Below, one piece after another: positions 29,061 through 39,594 of a DNA stretch of 64,000 nt. The position numbers and the translations under genes were made by a program. A model generated the notes under the pieces. That model was not told the origin of the DNA. It searched no databases and worked only from the letters and a program-made list of their open reading frames with translations. Where the stretch lies: positions 1,455,794 to 1,519,793 of the forward strand of contig OZ253581.1 in NCBI GenBank assembly GCA_965263055.1, in the 5' to 3' direction. Each line of letters begins with the position of its first letter. Position 1 is the stretch's first letter. Origin of the DNA: Vicinamibacterales bacterium (GTDB taxonomy: Bacteria; Acidobacteriota; Vicinamibacteria; Vicinamibacterales; UBA8438).

Positions 29061-29093
29061 AAAAAAAGCCGGGCGCCCTCACGAGCGCCCGGC
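29061..29093 (-). terminator. intrinsic terminator after the TPR gene, with its U-tract abutting the rel start codon
   Basis: The minus strand reads GCCGGGCGC-tcgtgagg-GCGCCCGGC-TTTTTTT followed directly by ATG. That is a 9-bp GC stem, an 8-nt loop and a 7-U tract. Confidence 0.7.
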
Positions 29094-29137
29094 CCCGAAC
29101 GTCACCGATCTGGGAGGGATGCGTGGATGCCGGACGC

Positions 29138-30133
29138 CTACTCCCCTTCGGCGCCGGCTGCCGCTTCGGTCTCTCCGCGCGCCTCTTCCTGAATCTGCTG
29201 GGCCAGATCGCGCAACTCATCCGCCTGGGCAATCAGCGCGTTCTGTTCGTCGAGATCCTCGCTCATGTTCGCCTGCATCCGCAGCAGGATGTTCTTGTAG
29301 ATCAGCGCGTCGACGTAGCGGTCGTTCAGCGCGATCGCCCGGTCGGCCGCGTCAATCCCCGCGAGGATGTATTCCGCCTTCTGCTCCTGCGTGATGCGGA
29401 AGTCACGGAACGCCTTCTCCCAGAAGAAAGTCGAGATGGTGTAGTAGGCCTCCGGGTTGTCCGGCTCTATCCGGGCGCGCTGCCGCAGTGCATCGATCGT
29501 CTGGTCGAAGTCACCGCTCCGGTTGTAGAAGCCGGCAAGCTGCAGGTAGACGGTCGGGTCGTCCTGCCGCATGTTCCTGACCTCGAGCATGATCGCCTCG
29601 GCATCTTCGAAGAGACCCGACTCCTCGAAGAGCTGCGCCAGCACGAAGTAATTGTCGGGATTGGCAGGATCGAGCTGGATCATCTCCTGCAGCAGCAGTG
29701 CGCGATTACTCGGATCGTTCAGCCGATCCGGACCGTAAGCCGCCACCAGGTATTGCATCGACAGCGTCTGGAAGTCCGGGTTCGGGATCTCCTCGGAAGC
29801 AAGCCGGTAGTACTCGATGGCGTTCTCCAGGAACCGATCGTTCTCGGGATCTCCCCGGAACGCCGGCGTGTAGAGGTTGTCGTAGGAGTTGGCGATGTAG
29901 AAGTACGCCACCGTCATCACCTGCGACAGCTCGCTCTCCGGATCGTCGGCGATGACCTGGAGTACCTGCTGGTACTCCTCGATTGCCCCTGCGTAGTCGG
30001 CCCGGCCGTACAGGAGGTTGGCGTCCTTGAACGTCCGCATCGCGGAAAGTTGAGCGAAGAAGGCGCACGAGACCAAAGGCGTCACGAGCACCGCTACGAG
30101 GACCAGTCTCAGAAAGGTGCGTCCGGTCTGCAT
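29138..30133 (-). CDS. TPR-repeat lipoprotein (last gene of the TonB/Exb operon)
   Basis: The signal plus lipobox-like sequence is LVAVLVTPLVSC. Several TPR-like repeats follow. The SD is AAGGAG. Confidence 0.75.
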   Translation of the reverse strand: MQTGRTFLRLVLVAVLVTPLVSCAFFAQLSAMRTFKDANLLYGRADYAGAIEEYQQVLQVIADDPESELSQVMTVAYFYIANSYDNLYTPAFRGDPENDRFLENAIEYYRLASEEIPNPDFQTLSMQYLVAAYGPDRLNDPSNRALLLQEMIQLDPANPDNYFVLAQLFEESGLFEDAEAIMLEVRNMRQDDPTVYLQLAGFYNRSGDFDQTIDALRQRARIEPDNPEAYYTISTFFWEKAFRDFRITQEQKAEYILAGIDAADRAIALNDRYVDALIYKNILLRMQANMSEDLDEQNALIAQADELRDLAQQIQEEARGETEAAAGAEGE

Positions 30134-30167
30134 GATGTTCTCCTTCTCGGCTATCGACAGCCCCGGC

Positions 30168-30635
30168 CTAGCCGACCGGCGCAGCGCCGGCAGCGCGGCG
30201 CATGCCTTCCGTCACGATGCCTACTTTTTCGACCCCGGCTCCCCTCGCGGCGTCAATCACATCGATGATCTCGCCGTAAGTGATGGAACCCGCCCCGGCG
30301 ATGAACATTGTCTTCTCGCGCCGAGTCTCGAAGATATTCCGCAGGTCCGCCTCCAGCGTCGCCATTTCCATGGGCTGCTGATTGACGGAGATCCGGCGGT
30401 CCGCCGTGAACTCCAGGACGATCTGGCTGCTGTCAGTCGCCGCCTGCGCCGAGCCCTGGGTCTCCAGCGGCAGGTTGATATCCAGGCCGCGCTGTCCGAG
30501 GGGCAGGGCCGCCAGGAAGATGACGATCAGAACCAGCAGCACGTCGATGAACGGCGTGATGTTGATATCCGAGTTTGCAGCGATCCTCGACGCTCCGACG
30601 ACCGTGTCGGCACCGTGGTGCTTGTGTCTCGCCAT
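30168..30635 (-). CDS. exbD: ExbD/TolR-family biopolymer transport protein
   Basis: SDINITPFIDVLLVLIVIFL is the TM segment, followed by ...ISVNQQPM...EKTMFIAGAGSITYGEIIDVIDAA. Confidence 0.88.
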   Translation of the reverse strand: MARHKHHGADTVVGASRIAANSDINITPFIDVLLVLIVIFLAALPLGQRGLDINLPLETQGSAQAATDSSQIVLEFTADRRISVNQQPMEMATLEADLRNIFETRREKTMFIAGAGSITYGEIIDVIDAARGAGVEKVGIVTEGMRRAAGAAPVG

Positions 30636-30641
30636 GGCGAA

Positions 30642-31079
30642 CTACTCCCCTCCTCCGGCCCTGCCACCCAGCTCGCGCTCGGTGATCAGTCCGACGTTCT
30701 CTATACCGGCCCGCTGCAACTGATCCATCAGTTGCATCACGGCTGAGTACTGGGCGTTGGTGTCGGCCTTGATCAGCAGTATGCGTTCCAGCTTCCGGCC
30801 CAATGCCGTATTGATGGAATTAAGCAGCTCGCCCGGCGTCGTCTGCACGTTGTCGACGAAGTACCGGCCGTCCGACGTCACCGCCACGATCGTGTTGTTG
30901 TCGTTGTCCGCCTTGTCATTCGTGTTCGTCGCCTCGGGCAGCGTCAACGTCACGCCCGCCTGCAACAGTGGCGCGATGAGCATGACGATGATTAGCAGCA
31001 CGAGCATCACGTCAGCGAGCGGCGTGATGTTGATCTCCGAATTCAGGCCATCAATCTTGTCGCCAACTTGCATTCCCAT
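30642..31079 (-). CDS. exbD: ExbD/TolR-family biopolymer transport protein (second copy)
   Basis: SEINITPLADVMLVLLIIVML...RILLIKADTNAQYSAVMQLMDQL. Confidence 0.88.
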   Translation of the reverse strand: MGMQVGDKIDGLNSEINITPLADVMLVLLIIVMLIAPLLQAGVTLTLPEATNTNDKADNDNNTIVAVTSDGRYFVDNVQTTPGELLNSINTALGRKLERILLIKADTNAQYSAVMQLMDQLQRAGIENVGLITERELGGRAGGGE

Positions 31080-31170
31080 GGTCTGTTCTCCTCAAAAATG
31101 AAGACTCAACCCGGCCGCGTCCGCCACGGGCGCCGGAAGCGTCCGGCCGGATCTCCTGCGCGGCGAAGGC

Positions 31171-31839
31171 CTACGACTTCTTGATGAAGTAGTCGAGCAG
31201 CTCAGACGACGAGTTGTCCATCTCGACCGAGAAGTACTCGAGGCGACCGGTCAGGAAGTTGAAGAACCAGACCGCCGGAATCGCCACGAACAGACCGATC
31301 GCGGTCCCCACGAGCGCCTCCGAGATGCCGCCCGAAACTGCGCCCAAACCGCCCGACCCGGTCGCCGCAATCCCCTGGAACGCGTTGATGACGCCCAGCG
31401 TGGTGGCGAGGAGGCCGACGAACACGGCCGTAGATCCGATGGTCGCAAGAATACCCATTCCCCGCTTCAGGTCGGACGAGGTGAGCGCGGCCGCCCGCTG
31501 AATGGCGCGGTGCACACCGTCAACGACATCGTCCTTGTGCAGATCGACGCCGCTGTCCTGCTGGAACTGGTACTCCTGGAGCCCGGCCAGCACGACCTTG
31601 CCGAGGTGGCTGTACTTGTAGTTCTTCGATTGCGAGATGGTGATCGCCTCCTTGAGCTTGCCGTCCTTGAGGTGCTTCGCCACCTGCGGCGCGAACAGCT
31701 TCGACTGCTTCGTCGCCTGTACGAAGGTGAACAGCCGCTCGAAGAAGACGCCCACCGACGCCATCGACATGACTGCCAGGACACCCATCAGAAGCTTGAC
31801 CGATATCCCCATCTGCTCCCAGAGTTCAAGAAAATCCAT
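31171..31839 (-). CDS. exbB: MotA/TolQ/ExbB proton-channel protein
   Basis: It has three TM segments and the C-terminal signature GGISEALVGTAIGLFVAIPAVWFFNFL. Confidence 0.88.
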   Translation of the reverse strand: MDFLELWEQMGISVKLLMGVLAVMSMASVGVFFERLFTFVQATKQSKLFAPQVAKHLKDGKLKEAITISQSKNYKYSHLGKVVLAGLQEYQFQQDSGVDLHKDDVVDGVHRAIQRAAALTSSDLKRGMGILATIGSTAVFVGLLATTLGVINAFQGIAATGSGGLGAVSGGISEALVGTAIGLFVAIPAVWFFNFLTGRLEYFSVEMDNSSSELLDYFIKKS

Positions 31840-31908
31840 CTGTTCCTCCCCGCGGGCCTCATCGGGCCCTCAACAACTCCGTTTTACCAGAACGTTCAAA
31901 CGAACTGA

Positions 31909-32709
31909 CTACTGCAGCGTGAAGTTGACGGTCACCGTCATGATGACCGGCACCGGCACGCCATTCAACAACGTCGGGGTGTACTGCCACTGCTTCACGG
32001 CGTTGATCGCCGCTTCGTCCAGCAGCGGCACCGACCGGAGCACCTTCACGTCGGCCACCGCGCCCGTCGGACCGATGACCGCCTCGAGAATGACGACACC
32101 CTGAACCCGGGCCTGCTGAGCCACCGGCGGATAGACCGGCGGGACGTCACGGACCTTGGTCGGGGGGCTGATATTGCCTCCGACACGGATCGGCTCCGGC
32201 GGCGGGGGAGGCGGCGGCGGCGCGCTCGGCAAGCCGCCCACGATGCCACTGACGACACCGCCGGCGACACCCCCTTCAACGCCTCGCGCTTCGGACAGGT
32301 CGAAACCGGTTTCCTCAACGATCTGCTCCGGCGCGACGATCGGTGCCGCGTTCGGGTTGACGTCGATAACCGGCGGCGGTGCCGCCTCGGCCGCAGCCGG
32401 CGGCGGCGGCGGTGGCGGTGGCGGTGGCGGTGGCGGTGGCGCGGCGACGAACGCCAACATCGACGCCGGCGTCGGCAGTGCGTCGACCGCCATCAACGGC
32501 ACGATTACGACCACGCCGATGGCCACAACATGCGCGATGATCGACACCGGCAGCGTGTACCACTTCCGTGCGCCCACCTGAATAGTTGGGTTCGCAATTT
32601 CCCCGAACATCACCGGCTGTACCTTCTTCGGCAGTCCGCCCTTCGCGCGCGGGGCAGCGCCTGGCGATGTTGCCTTCGACGGCGGATTCCTTCTCTGTGT
32701 ATCAGCCAC
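31909..32709 (-). CDS. tonB: energy transducer TonB
   Basis: It has an N-terminal TM anchor, a poly-Pro spacer and a C-terminal TonB domain (PVYPPVAQQARVQGVVILEAVIGPTGAVADVKVLRS...AINAVKQWQYTP). The start is GTG, preceded by SD AGGAGGG. Confidence 0.88.
   Translation of the reverse strand: MADTQRRNPPSKATSPGAAPRAKGGLPKKVQPVMFGEIANPTIQVGARKWYTLPVSIIAHVVAIGVVVIVPLMAVDALPTPASMLAFVAAPPPPPPPPPPPPPPAAAEAAPPPVIDVNPNAAPIVAPEQIVEETGFDLSEARGVEGGVAGGVVSGIVGGLPSAPPPPPPPPEPIRVGGNISPPTKVRDVPPVYPPVAQQARVQGVVILEAVIGPTGAVADVKVLRSVPLLDEAAINAVKQWQYTPTLLNGVPVPVIMTVTVNFTLQ
32411..32440. repeat. (GGTGGC)x5 tandem hexanucleotide repeat, coding for the TonB poly-proline spacer
   Basis: There are five exact tandem copies preceded by (CGG)n. 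On the minus strand it reads CCA CCG ..., giving about 15 consecutive Pro residues. Confidence 0.9.
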
Positions 32710-32762
32710 GGAAACGCCCTCCTGACCTGCTCCACACGCGTACGCCTGTTTCCAAGGCGGCG

Positions 32763-32790
32763 ATTATAGCAGGCCGATTGCCGGTGTCAA
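32763..32790 (-). promoter_or_regulatory. near-consensus promoter TTGACA-16-TATAAT for the tonB-exbB-exbD-exbD-TPR operon
   Basis: The minus strand reads gtTTGACAccggcaatcggcctgcTATAATcgcc, about 55 nt upstream of the tonB GTG. Confidence 0.6.
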
Positions 32791-32877
32791 CGAAACCGAA
32801 CTTCCCAACCACGCGTTCATCCTTCTTCGACACCGGCGCGAATGAAATGGCCCGCTCCGCAGTGGCCGTCGCGCCGG

Positions 32878-34986
32878 CTACTGCATCCAGGCGACCACGA
32901 GCGGAGCAAAGATGACAGCGACGATCGTCATCAGTTTGATCAGAATATTGAGGCTCGGCCCCGAGGTGTCCTTGAACGGATCGCCCACGGTATCGCCGAT
33001 CACCGCCGCCTTGTGCGGGTCCGACCCCTTGCCTCCATGGTGACCTTCCTCGATGTACTTCTTCGCGTTGTCCCAGACGCCGCCGGCGTTCGCCATCATC
33101 AGCGCCATCAGGACACCGGTCACGAGCGCGCCCGCCAGAAGGCCGCCCAGCCCGGAGATCCCGAGCAGGAAACCGGTCGCGACCGGCGCCAGCACCGCGA
33201 TCAGTCCGGGCACCACCATCTCGCGGATCGCCGACCTGGTCGAGATCTCGACGCAGCGCGCCGAGTCCGGTTCCGCCTCGCCCTCCAGAAGGCCGGGGAT
33301 CTCGCGGAACTGCCGGCGCACCTCGCCGATCATGTCGTTCGCCGAGCGGCCCACCGCATTCATCGTCAGGGCGGAAAAAAGGAAGGGAAGCATGCCGCCC
33401 AGGAGCATCCCGATCAGGACGTTCGGGTTTTCCAGCGCCAGGTTGAGCAGCCGTGGCTCGAACGCCGCCGCGCCCCCGGCCGCCTCCACCGCAGTGCCGG
33501 CAGTGGTGCGGAACGTGCTGAAGAGTGCAAGCGCCGTCAGCGCCGCTGATCCGATGGCGAAGCCCTTCCCCATCGCCGCCGTGGTGTTCCCCACCGCGTC
33601 GAGTGCGTCAGTCCGCTCGCGGACATACGCCTCGCAGCGGCTCATCTCGGCGATCCCTCCCGCGTTGTCGGCGACCGGACCGTAGGCGTCCACTCCCAGG
33701 CTGATCCCGAGGGTGGAGAGCATCCCGACCGCGGCGATCGCGATGCCGTACAGCTCCGCCTGCGCGAAGCTGAACCAAATCGCCAGGCAGATGACCACGA
33801 TCGGCAGCGCGCACGACATCATGCCGACGCCCAGGCCGGCGATGATGTTCGTGGCGGGACCCGTCTCCGACTGCTGCGCGATTCTGTGGGCCGGCGGCTT
33901 GTCCTTGCCTGTGAAGTACTCCGTGATCTGGCCGATCAGCACGCCGGCGACCACCCCCGCCACGACGCACCAGAGGACGGCGAACGGGATCTCGAGCAGG
34001 GCGATCAGCCCCGCGGCGCCGGCGAAGACCAGAACCGACGCCACGATCAGACCGCGGTGCAGCGCGCTGCCGATCTTCGCTTCGTCGTCCGTGTTGACGG
34101 CGAACGTGCCGAGTATCGATGCCAGGATGCCGACGCCGGCGAGGAGCAACGGAAAGATCACCAGGCGTCCCTGCAGCGCCGCGAACGATCCTTCGTCGAT
34201 CCCCCAGAGCGCGCCGGCCGTCGCTGCTCCGAGCGCCCAGGCGAGGGCGATTGAGGAGATGATGCTGCCGACGTACGACTCGAACAGGTCCGCCCCCATG
34301 CCGGCGACATCGCCGACGTTGTCGCCCACGTTGTCGGCGATCGTAGCCGGATTGCGCGGGTCGTCCTCCGGGATGCCCGCCTCCACTTTGCCCGACAGAT
34401 CGCCCGCCACGTCGGCCGCCTTCGTATAGATGCCGCCGCCGACACGGGCGAAGAGAGCGATCGACGAGGCGCCGAGCGAAAAGCCGAAGAGCGACTTGAC
34501 GGCGTCAGCCCCTGCATCCCCCAGGCCACCATAGGCGAAATATAGAACGGAGATCCCGAGCGTGCCGAGGGCCACGACCGTCAGCCCCATCACCGCACCC
34601 GACGAGAACGCCACCCGCAACGCCGACGACAGGCTCTCCGTGGCCGCTTGGGTTGTCCGGACTGCCGCACTCGTGGCGGTTCGCATGCCGATCCAACCCG
34701 CCAATGCCGACAGCACCGCGCCCACCAGAAACGCAACGGCGGTCAGCAGCGAATCTCCCGGCAAGAACGCCAGCAGCACTACGAACATCAGCGCCACGAA
34801 GCCGGCCAGGACGGTGTACTCCGTCCGCAGGAAGGCCATGGCGCCGCTCCTGATCAATGCGGCGATCCGCTGCATCCGATCGGTACCGGGTGCGTAGCTG
34901 TTGATACGGCGGATCAGGAGTAGAGCAAACAGAGCCGAGACGACCGGCGCACCCCACCCGAGCGCAAAGTACAATTGCTGTTCCAT
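32878..34986 (-). CDS. hppA: membrane-bound proton/sodium-translocating pyrophosphatase
   Basis: About 700 aa and polytopic, with [14 protein letters not shown]...[21 protein letters not shown]...[12 protein letters not shown]...[15 protein letters not shown]. The ATG at 34986 (SD GAGGGG) is preferred. The track's GTG at 35007 remains possible. Confidence 0.92.
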   Translation of the reverse strand: MEQQLYFALGWGAPVVSALFALLLIRRINSYAPGTDRMQRIAALIRSGAMAFLRTEYTVLAGFVALMFVVLLAFLPGDSLLTAVAFLVGAVLSALAGWIGMRTATSAAVRTTQAATESLSSALRVAFSSGAVMGLTVVALGTLGISVLYFAYGGLGDAGADAVKSLFGFSLGASSIALFARVGGGIYTKAADVAGDLSGKVEAGIPEDDPRNPATIADNVGDNVGDVAGMGADLFESYVGSIISSIALAWALGAATAGALWGIDEGSFAALQGRLVIFPLLLAGVGILASILGTFAVNTDDEAKIGSALHRGLIVASVLVFAGAAGLIALLEIPFAVLWCVVAGVVAGVLIGQITEYFTGKDKPPAHRIAQQSETGPATNIIAGLGVGMMSCALPIVVICLAIWFSFAQAELYGIAIAAVGMLSTLGISLGVDAYGPVADNAGGIAEMSRCEAYVRERTDALDAVGNTTAAMGKGFAIGSAALTALALFSTFRTTAGTAVEAAGGAAAFEPRLLNLALENPNVLIGMLLGGMLPFLFSALTMNAVGRSANDMIGEVRRQFREIPGLLEGEAEPDSARCVEISTRSAIREMVVPGLIAVLAPVATGFLLGISGLGGLLAGALVTGVLMALMMANAGGVWDNAKKYIEEGHHGGKGSDPHKAAVIGDTVGDPFKDTSGPSLNILIKLMTIVAVIFAPLVVAWMQ

Positions 34987-35034
34987 TTCCCCCTCGATGG
35001 ACGGCACGCGATGTCCGGCCGCGTGAGACGCTGG

Positions 35035-35063
35035 AAACTAACTTGCCCTGCCGAAACTGTCAA
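35035..35063 (-). promoter_or_regulatory. candidate promoter TTGACA-17-TAGTTT for hppA
   Basis: The minus strand reads cTTGACAgtttcggcagggcaagtTAGTTTcc. It overlaps the stop of the DUF502-like gene. Confidence 0.4.
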
Positions 35064-35734
35064 GGCGCAAGGGGCGATCCTGACCCTCCCGCGCTCAACT
35101 TCTCCCGCTCGGTCCGGAGCCGTTCATTCAACGACATCCCTCCGGTCAGGAATACCTGCAGTCCCTCCTGCACGGTGAGCGACGGGAACGAGACGACCGA
35201 CCGGGGATAGATGTGGATGTCACCGAAGTAGACATGGTTCGTCGGAACATAAACCGCGACGTGCGTCAACGACCCGTCCTCTCCGTCGGTTCCGCCGGCC
35301 TCCGTCACGCCCTCTCCGTCACCTTCCTCCAGCCTGAACTCCTTCGTCAGGAAACCGAGCACCAGTCCCCGCCTTGGGTCATCGACCAGGACCACCCGCT
35401 TGAAGCCGACCTCCGTGTCCGGCGAGAAGGCCGTGACAAGCTGCCTTACGGTGGCGTAGACCGTGCCGAAGAGCGGCAGCCGGAGCAACCACTCCTCACC
35501 CCTGCTCAACAGCCGGCCGAGGAGCACATTGGTCGCCAGTGCACCCACCAGCACGACAAGGGCGGCAAGCGTCAGCAGGCCGAGTCCGGGGATCTCGCGT
35601 CCCAGCCAGCCTGAATAGATCGGCCCCATCACACCATCGATCAGGCCGAACAGCCAGATGAACGCCGCCACGCTGATGGCGATCGGCACGATGACGACGA
35701 TCCCGGTAATCAGGCTCCGCCGCAGCCACTGCAT
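35060..35734 (-). CDS. DUF502-like membrane protein
   Basis: MQWLRRSLITGIVVIVPIAISVAAFIWLFGLIDGV... has two N-terminal TM helices followed by a soluble beta-rich domain. Confidence 0.6.
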   Translation of the reverse strand: MQWLRRSLITGIVVIVPIAISVAAFIWLFGLIDGVMGPIYSGWLGREIPGLGLLTLAALVVLVGALATNVLLGRLLSRGEEWLLRLPLFGTVYATVRQLVTAFSPDTEVGFKRVVLVDDPRRGLVLGFLTKEFRLEEGDGEGVTEAGGTDGEDGSLTHVAVYVPTNHVYFGDIHIYPRSVVSFPSLTVQEGLQVFLTGGMSLNERLRTEREKLSAGGSGSPLAP

Positions 35735-35775
35735 CGGTCGGCGATCTCCAAAGGTCCCACCAACACCGGTCGGTC

Positions 35776-36588
35776 TCAGAACAGTCCCCTGACCAGCACT
35801 ACGCCCGCCAGCGCCAGCCGATAGAGCGCGAACGGATCCAAAGAGCGCCGGACGACGTAGCGCAGAAAATACTTTATCGCGACGTATCCGACCAGCGCCG
35901 ACACGACCAGCCCGATCGCCATTGCCGCCGCGCCGCCCGCCGGTATCCCGTCTTGCAGCAACACCATCGCCTGGCGTGCGCTCGCCGCCAGAATGGCGGG
36001 GATGCCGAGCAGGAACGCAAAGCGCGCCGCCGACGCGCGCCCGAACCCCAGGAACATCGCCACCACCAGCACGGCGCCGGATCGTGACACGCCCGGCACG
36101 AGCGCCGCAGCCTGCGCCATGCCTAGCAAACCCGCCTCACCGGCGCTGATATCGCTCTCGTCCCGTCCCCCCCGCCCGACCCGGTCCGCCACGAGCATCG
36201 CCACGGCGCCGATAGCAAGCGCCACGCCGGCCACCTCGAGGTTCCGCAGCGAAGTGGCGATCCTGTCAGCCGCCAGAAAACCGACGATCCCCACCGGCAC
36301 CGTGCCGATCACGATGGCGCGGAGCAGCGCGCCGGCCCCGCTGCGGTCAGACCAGTTCCGCGGGGAGACGGCCGCCCGGAGCAGCGCCGCGACCTCCGTG
36401 CGGAAGTAAGTCAGTACCGCGGCCAGCGTGCCAAGGTGCACGGCAACATCGAACGCCAAGCCGAAGCGGGAGTCTACCGTCGAGCCGAACACGCTGCGTG
36501 CCAGCAGCAGGTGGGCGGAACTCGAAATCGGCAGGAACTCGGTCAACCCCTGGAGGGCCCCGAGGAGCACGGCCTCGAGAGCTGTCAC
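35776..36588 (-). CDS. uppP: undecaprenyl-diphosphate phosphatase
   Basis: LLGALQGLTEFLPISSSAHL...PGVSRSGA... Confidence 0.9.
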   Translation of the reverse strand: MTALEAVLLGALQGLTEFLPISSSAHLLLARSVFGSTVDSRFGLAFDVAVHLGTLAAVLTYFRTEVAALLRAAVSPRNWSDRSGAGALLRAIVIGTVPVGIVGFLAADRIATSLRNLEVAGVALAIGAVAMLVADRVGRGGRDESDISAGEAGLLGMAQAAALVPGVSRSGAVLVVAMFLGFGRASAARFAFLLGIPAILAASARQAMVLLQDGIPAGGAAAMAIGLVVSALVGYVAIKYFLRYVVRRSLDPFALYRLALAGVVLVRGLF

Positions 36589-36618
36589 TGACTTCGGTCG
36601 AAAAACTGCGGCAACAAC

Positions 36619-37611
36619 CTACGACGCTCTTGCCTTACGGCCTCGCCTGGACGACCGCGCGGGCGCCGGCGCTCCCCCCGCGCCGGGCGTCGCGCCTGCC
36701 TGCTGCGCCCGGGTGGCGCGGCGCTCGGTGATGGCGATGGCGATGATCGACGCGACGAAAATGGTGGAGTAGGTGCCGCTTACCACACCGACGAGCATCG
36801 TGAAGGCAAAGCCGCGCAGCACCTCGCCTCCCAGCACGTACAGCGCCAGCACCGCGCCGCCGGTCGTACCCGACGTGATTATCGTGCGCGAGAGCGTCTG
36901 GTTGATGCTGGTGTTCACCAGGTGCGGGAAGGTGTCGCGCCGCATGACGCGGAGGTTCTCGCGCACCCGGTCGAAGACGACGATCGAGTCGTTCACCGAG
37001 TACCCGGTGATCGTCAGCATGGCCGCGACGACGTTGAGCGACAGTTCGTAGTCGAACAACACCAGCATCGCCAGCGTGATCGCGATGTCGTGCGCGACAG
37101 CGACTACCGCGCCGACCGCGAACGAGAAGCGGAAGCGGAGCCCGATGTAGACGAGGATGCCCGCCATCGCGAAGACGAACGCGTTGACGCCGCGCCGCTG
37201 CAGTTCCTCGCCGATAACCGGGCCGACCAGCTCCTGACTGAGCACCTGGAACTCGCCTAGGCTGCTCGACTGCAGCTCGGCCGCGACGGCGTTGGCTCCC
37301 TCCTCGAGGCTCGCTCCGGACTCCGGACCGGCGATCGGCAAGCGAACCAGTACCTGGTTGTCGCCCGGGTCGCCGTACTGCTGAACGACTTTTGCCTCGA
37401 TGCTACTGAGCGCGTCGCGTACCGGGCCCTCGCCCGTCGGCTGTTCGAACTGCAGCACGATGAGCGAGCCGCCGGAGAAGTCAACGCCGAGCGGCAGGCC
37501 GCCCCTGGCAAGAGCCACGGCGGCGCCAACCATAATCACCAGCGCCGACAGCCCAAACGCCGCCCAGCGCAGGCGAACGAAATCGATGTGCGGAACCTTG
37601 AAACGCGGCAT
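36619..37611 (-). CDS. secF: protein translocase subunit SecF
   Basis: GVDFSGGS...HDIAITLAMLVLF...TITGYSVNDSIVVFDRVREN. Confidence 0.9.
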   Translation of the reverse strand: MPRFKVPHIDFVRLRWAAFGLSALVIMVGAAVALARGGLPLGVDFSGGSLIVLQFEQPTGEGPVRDALSSIEAKVVQQYGDPGDNQVLVRLPIAGPESGASLEEGANAVAAELQSSSLGEFQVLSQELVGPVIGEELQRRGVNAFVFAMAGILVYIGLRFRFSFAVGAVVAVAHDIAITLAMLVLFDYELSLNVVAAMLTITGYSVNDSIVVFDRVRENLRVMRRDTFPHLVNTSINQTLSRTIITSGTTGGAVLALYVLGGEVLRGFAFTMLVGVVSGTYSTIFVASIIAIAITERRATRAQQAGATPGAGGAPAPARSSRRGRKARAS

Positions 37612-37626
37612 CGTCCTCCGGCGGCC

Positions 37627-39180
37627 TCAGATACTCAGCGTCGCCGCGCGGCGGCGCGCCAGGATGGTTTGGAAAAGTGTCCGCGATACGAAGACCGCCG
37701 TGAAGACGTTCGAGACGAGCCCGAAGAAGAGCGTGGTCGCGAATCCCCGGATCGCTCCGGAGCCGAACTGGAAAAGGAACGCCGCCGCGATCAGGGACGC
37801 GACATGCGTGTCGATGATCGTCAGGAGCACCCGGTCGAAGCCGGCCGCCACCGCCGCCTTGACGGTCTTGGCCGTCCCGAGTTCTTCCTTGATCCGCTCG
37901 AAGATCAGGACGTTCGAGTCGACCCCGATGCCGATTGTCAGGATCAGGCCGGCGATGCCGGGCAGCGTCAGCACCGCGTCGATGTAGGCCATGCACGCCA
38001 TCAGGATCAGCAAGTTCAGCCCAACGCCGACGACGGCGTTGATGCCCGCCAGCCGGTAGTAGAGCAGCATGAAGATCGCCACCAGGATCAGGCCAGTGAT
38101 CGCCGCGGCTACGCCGGCGCGGATCGAGTCGGCTCCCAGCGTCGGCCCGACGGTTCGTTCCTCGAGATAGGTGAGCGACGCGGGCAGCGCGCCCGAACGG
38201 AGCGTGATCTGCAGATCCTCCGCCTCCTGCTGCGAGACGCCGGTGATCTGCCCGCTGTCGGTGATGCGCCCTTGGATGGTGGGAGCCGTGCGAACCTGCC
38301 CGTCAAGGATGATCGCCAGCCCGCGGCCGATGTTGGCGCTGGTGGTCTCTCCCATCTTGCTCGCGCCTTCGCGATTCAGAGTGAAGCTGACCGCTGGCTG
38401 GTTGAATTCGTCGAGCGACGGCCTCGCGTTCCGCAGGTCCCGCCCGGTCACCGCGGCGACCCGACGCACGAGGTAATAGAAGGGCTCGGTCGACCCGGTG
38501 CCCGACGACCCGGTCAGCACCTCCATGTCGGGTGGGACGACTCCGTTGCGCGCCATCAACAGCGCATCGCGCGACGCGGCCGGTCCTTCTTCGACCAGCT
38601 TCAGCTCGAGCAGCGACGTCGACCGGATGAGCGACTTGGCGCGCGCCACGTCCGAGACGCCCGGCAACTGCACGAGGATTTGATTGCCGCCGATGCCGTG
38701 CGGCGCGACAATCGGTTCGCTGACGCCCAACTCGTTCACACGACGCTCAATCGTCTCGAGCGCCTGCCGAACCGCTTCCTCCCGGAGCGACGAGGTGACC
38801 GGGGTGCGCATCCGGAAGGTGTACGACCCCCCGGCGCCCGGCTCGCGGTCGTACGAGACGGACAACCGCTCGTCGGAGATCGTTCGGAACTCGGCGTCGC
38901 GCTCCGTCGGCACCCCCTCGACGCGAATGGTGGTCGGATCGGTCGCGACTACCATCACGGTGTCCATGCCCTGAAGCGACAACTGCTCGGCCAACTGCTC
39001 GGCCGCAGTCTCCGATTCCACCTGCAGCGCGTCATCGGTCTGGACCCGTAACACGAGGTGGACGCCTCCCTGCAGATCCAGCCCAAGACGAATCTTCTCC
39101 TCCAGCGGATAGACCCCCCACGCCGCCAGTCCGGCGATGGCGACGATGAGGAGCAGTTTCCATTGCAGGTTCTTCTGCAT
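37627..39180 (-). CDS. secD: protein translocase subunit SecD
   Basis: LGLDLQGGVHLVL...TLPGIAGLILTIGIGVDSNVLIFERIKEEL. The SD is AAGGAG. Confidence 0.9.
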   Translation of the reverse strand: MQKNLQWKLLLIVAIAGLAAWGVYPLEEKIRLGLDLQGGVHLVLRVQTDDALQVESETAAEQLAEQLSLQGMDTVMVVATDPTTIRVEGVPTERDAEFRTISDERLSVSYDREPGAGGSYTFRMRTPVTSSLREEAVRQALETIERRVNELGVSEPIVAPHGIGGNQILVQLPGVSDVARAKSLIRSTSLLELKLVEEGPAASRDALLMARNGVVPPDMEVLTGSSGTGSTEPFYYLVRRVAAVTGRDLRNARPSLDEFNQPAVSFTLNREGASKMGETTSANIGRGLAIILDGQVRTAPTIQGRITDSGQITGVSQQEAEDLQITLRSGALPASLTYLEERTVGPTLGADSIRAGVAAAITGLILVAIFMLLYYRLAGINAVVGVGLNLLILMACMAYIDAVLTLPGIAGLILTIGIGVDSNVLIFERIKEELGTAKTVKAAVAAGFDRVLLTIIDTHVASLIAAAFLFQFGSGAIRGFATTLFFGLVSNVFTAVFVSRTLFQTILARRRAATLSI

Positions 39181-39213
39181 GCCGGTCTCCTTCGGTGCGG
39201 CGCCGTCCCGGCG

Positions 39214-39567
39214 CTACGATGCGCTCCCGTCCTGCACGACCGGCTCCTGGCCCTGATAGCCGCCGACGGCGCTGCGGGAGACTTCGATCCGCACCCGGTC
39301 AGCGATCTCCACCTGCACCGACTTGTCGTTCAGCCTCGTGATCGATCCGTAGATGCCGCTGGTCGTCACGATCCGATCCCCTACCTTCAGCGCCGCCTGA
39401 AACTCGCGGATCTTATTCTGCCGTCGGCGCATCGGCATCCAGATGACGACGTAGAAGATCCCCAGGATCAGGATCAGCGGCAGGAACTGCACGAACAGGC
39501 TCGGCTGCTGGCCGGACGGCGGCTGCCCCATGGCGAACAGCGTCACGGCGTCGTCAAGCGTCAACAT
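39214..39567 (-). CDS. yajC: preprotein translocase subunit YajC
   Basis: LILILGIFYVVIWMPMRRRQNKIREFQAALKVGDRIVTTSGIYGSI. The exact start is uncertain. Confidence 0.8.
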   Translation of the reverse strand: MLTLDDAVTLFAMGQPPSGQQPSLFVQFLPLILILGIFYVVIWMPMRRRQNKIREFQAALKVGDRIVTTSGIYGSITRLNDKSVQVEIADRVRIEVSRSAVGGYQGQEPVVQDGSAS

Positions 39568-39594
39568 GGATGATTGCGATGCCTGAATTCGGAC

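Noticed and set aside
32398-32445. A short-period G-rich repeat that could be mistaken for a repeat array.
   Set aside because: It has a 6-nt period with no spacers and lies inside tonB, where it reads as poly-proline. It is not a CRISPR array and not an independent element.
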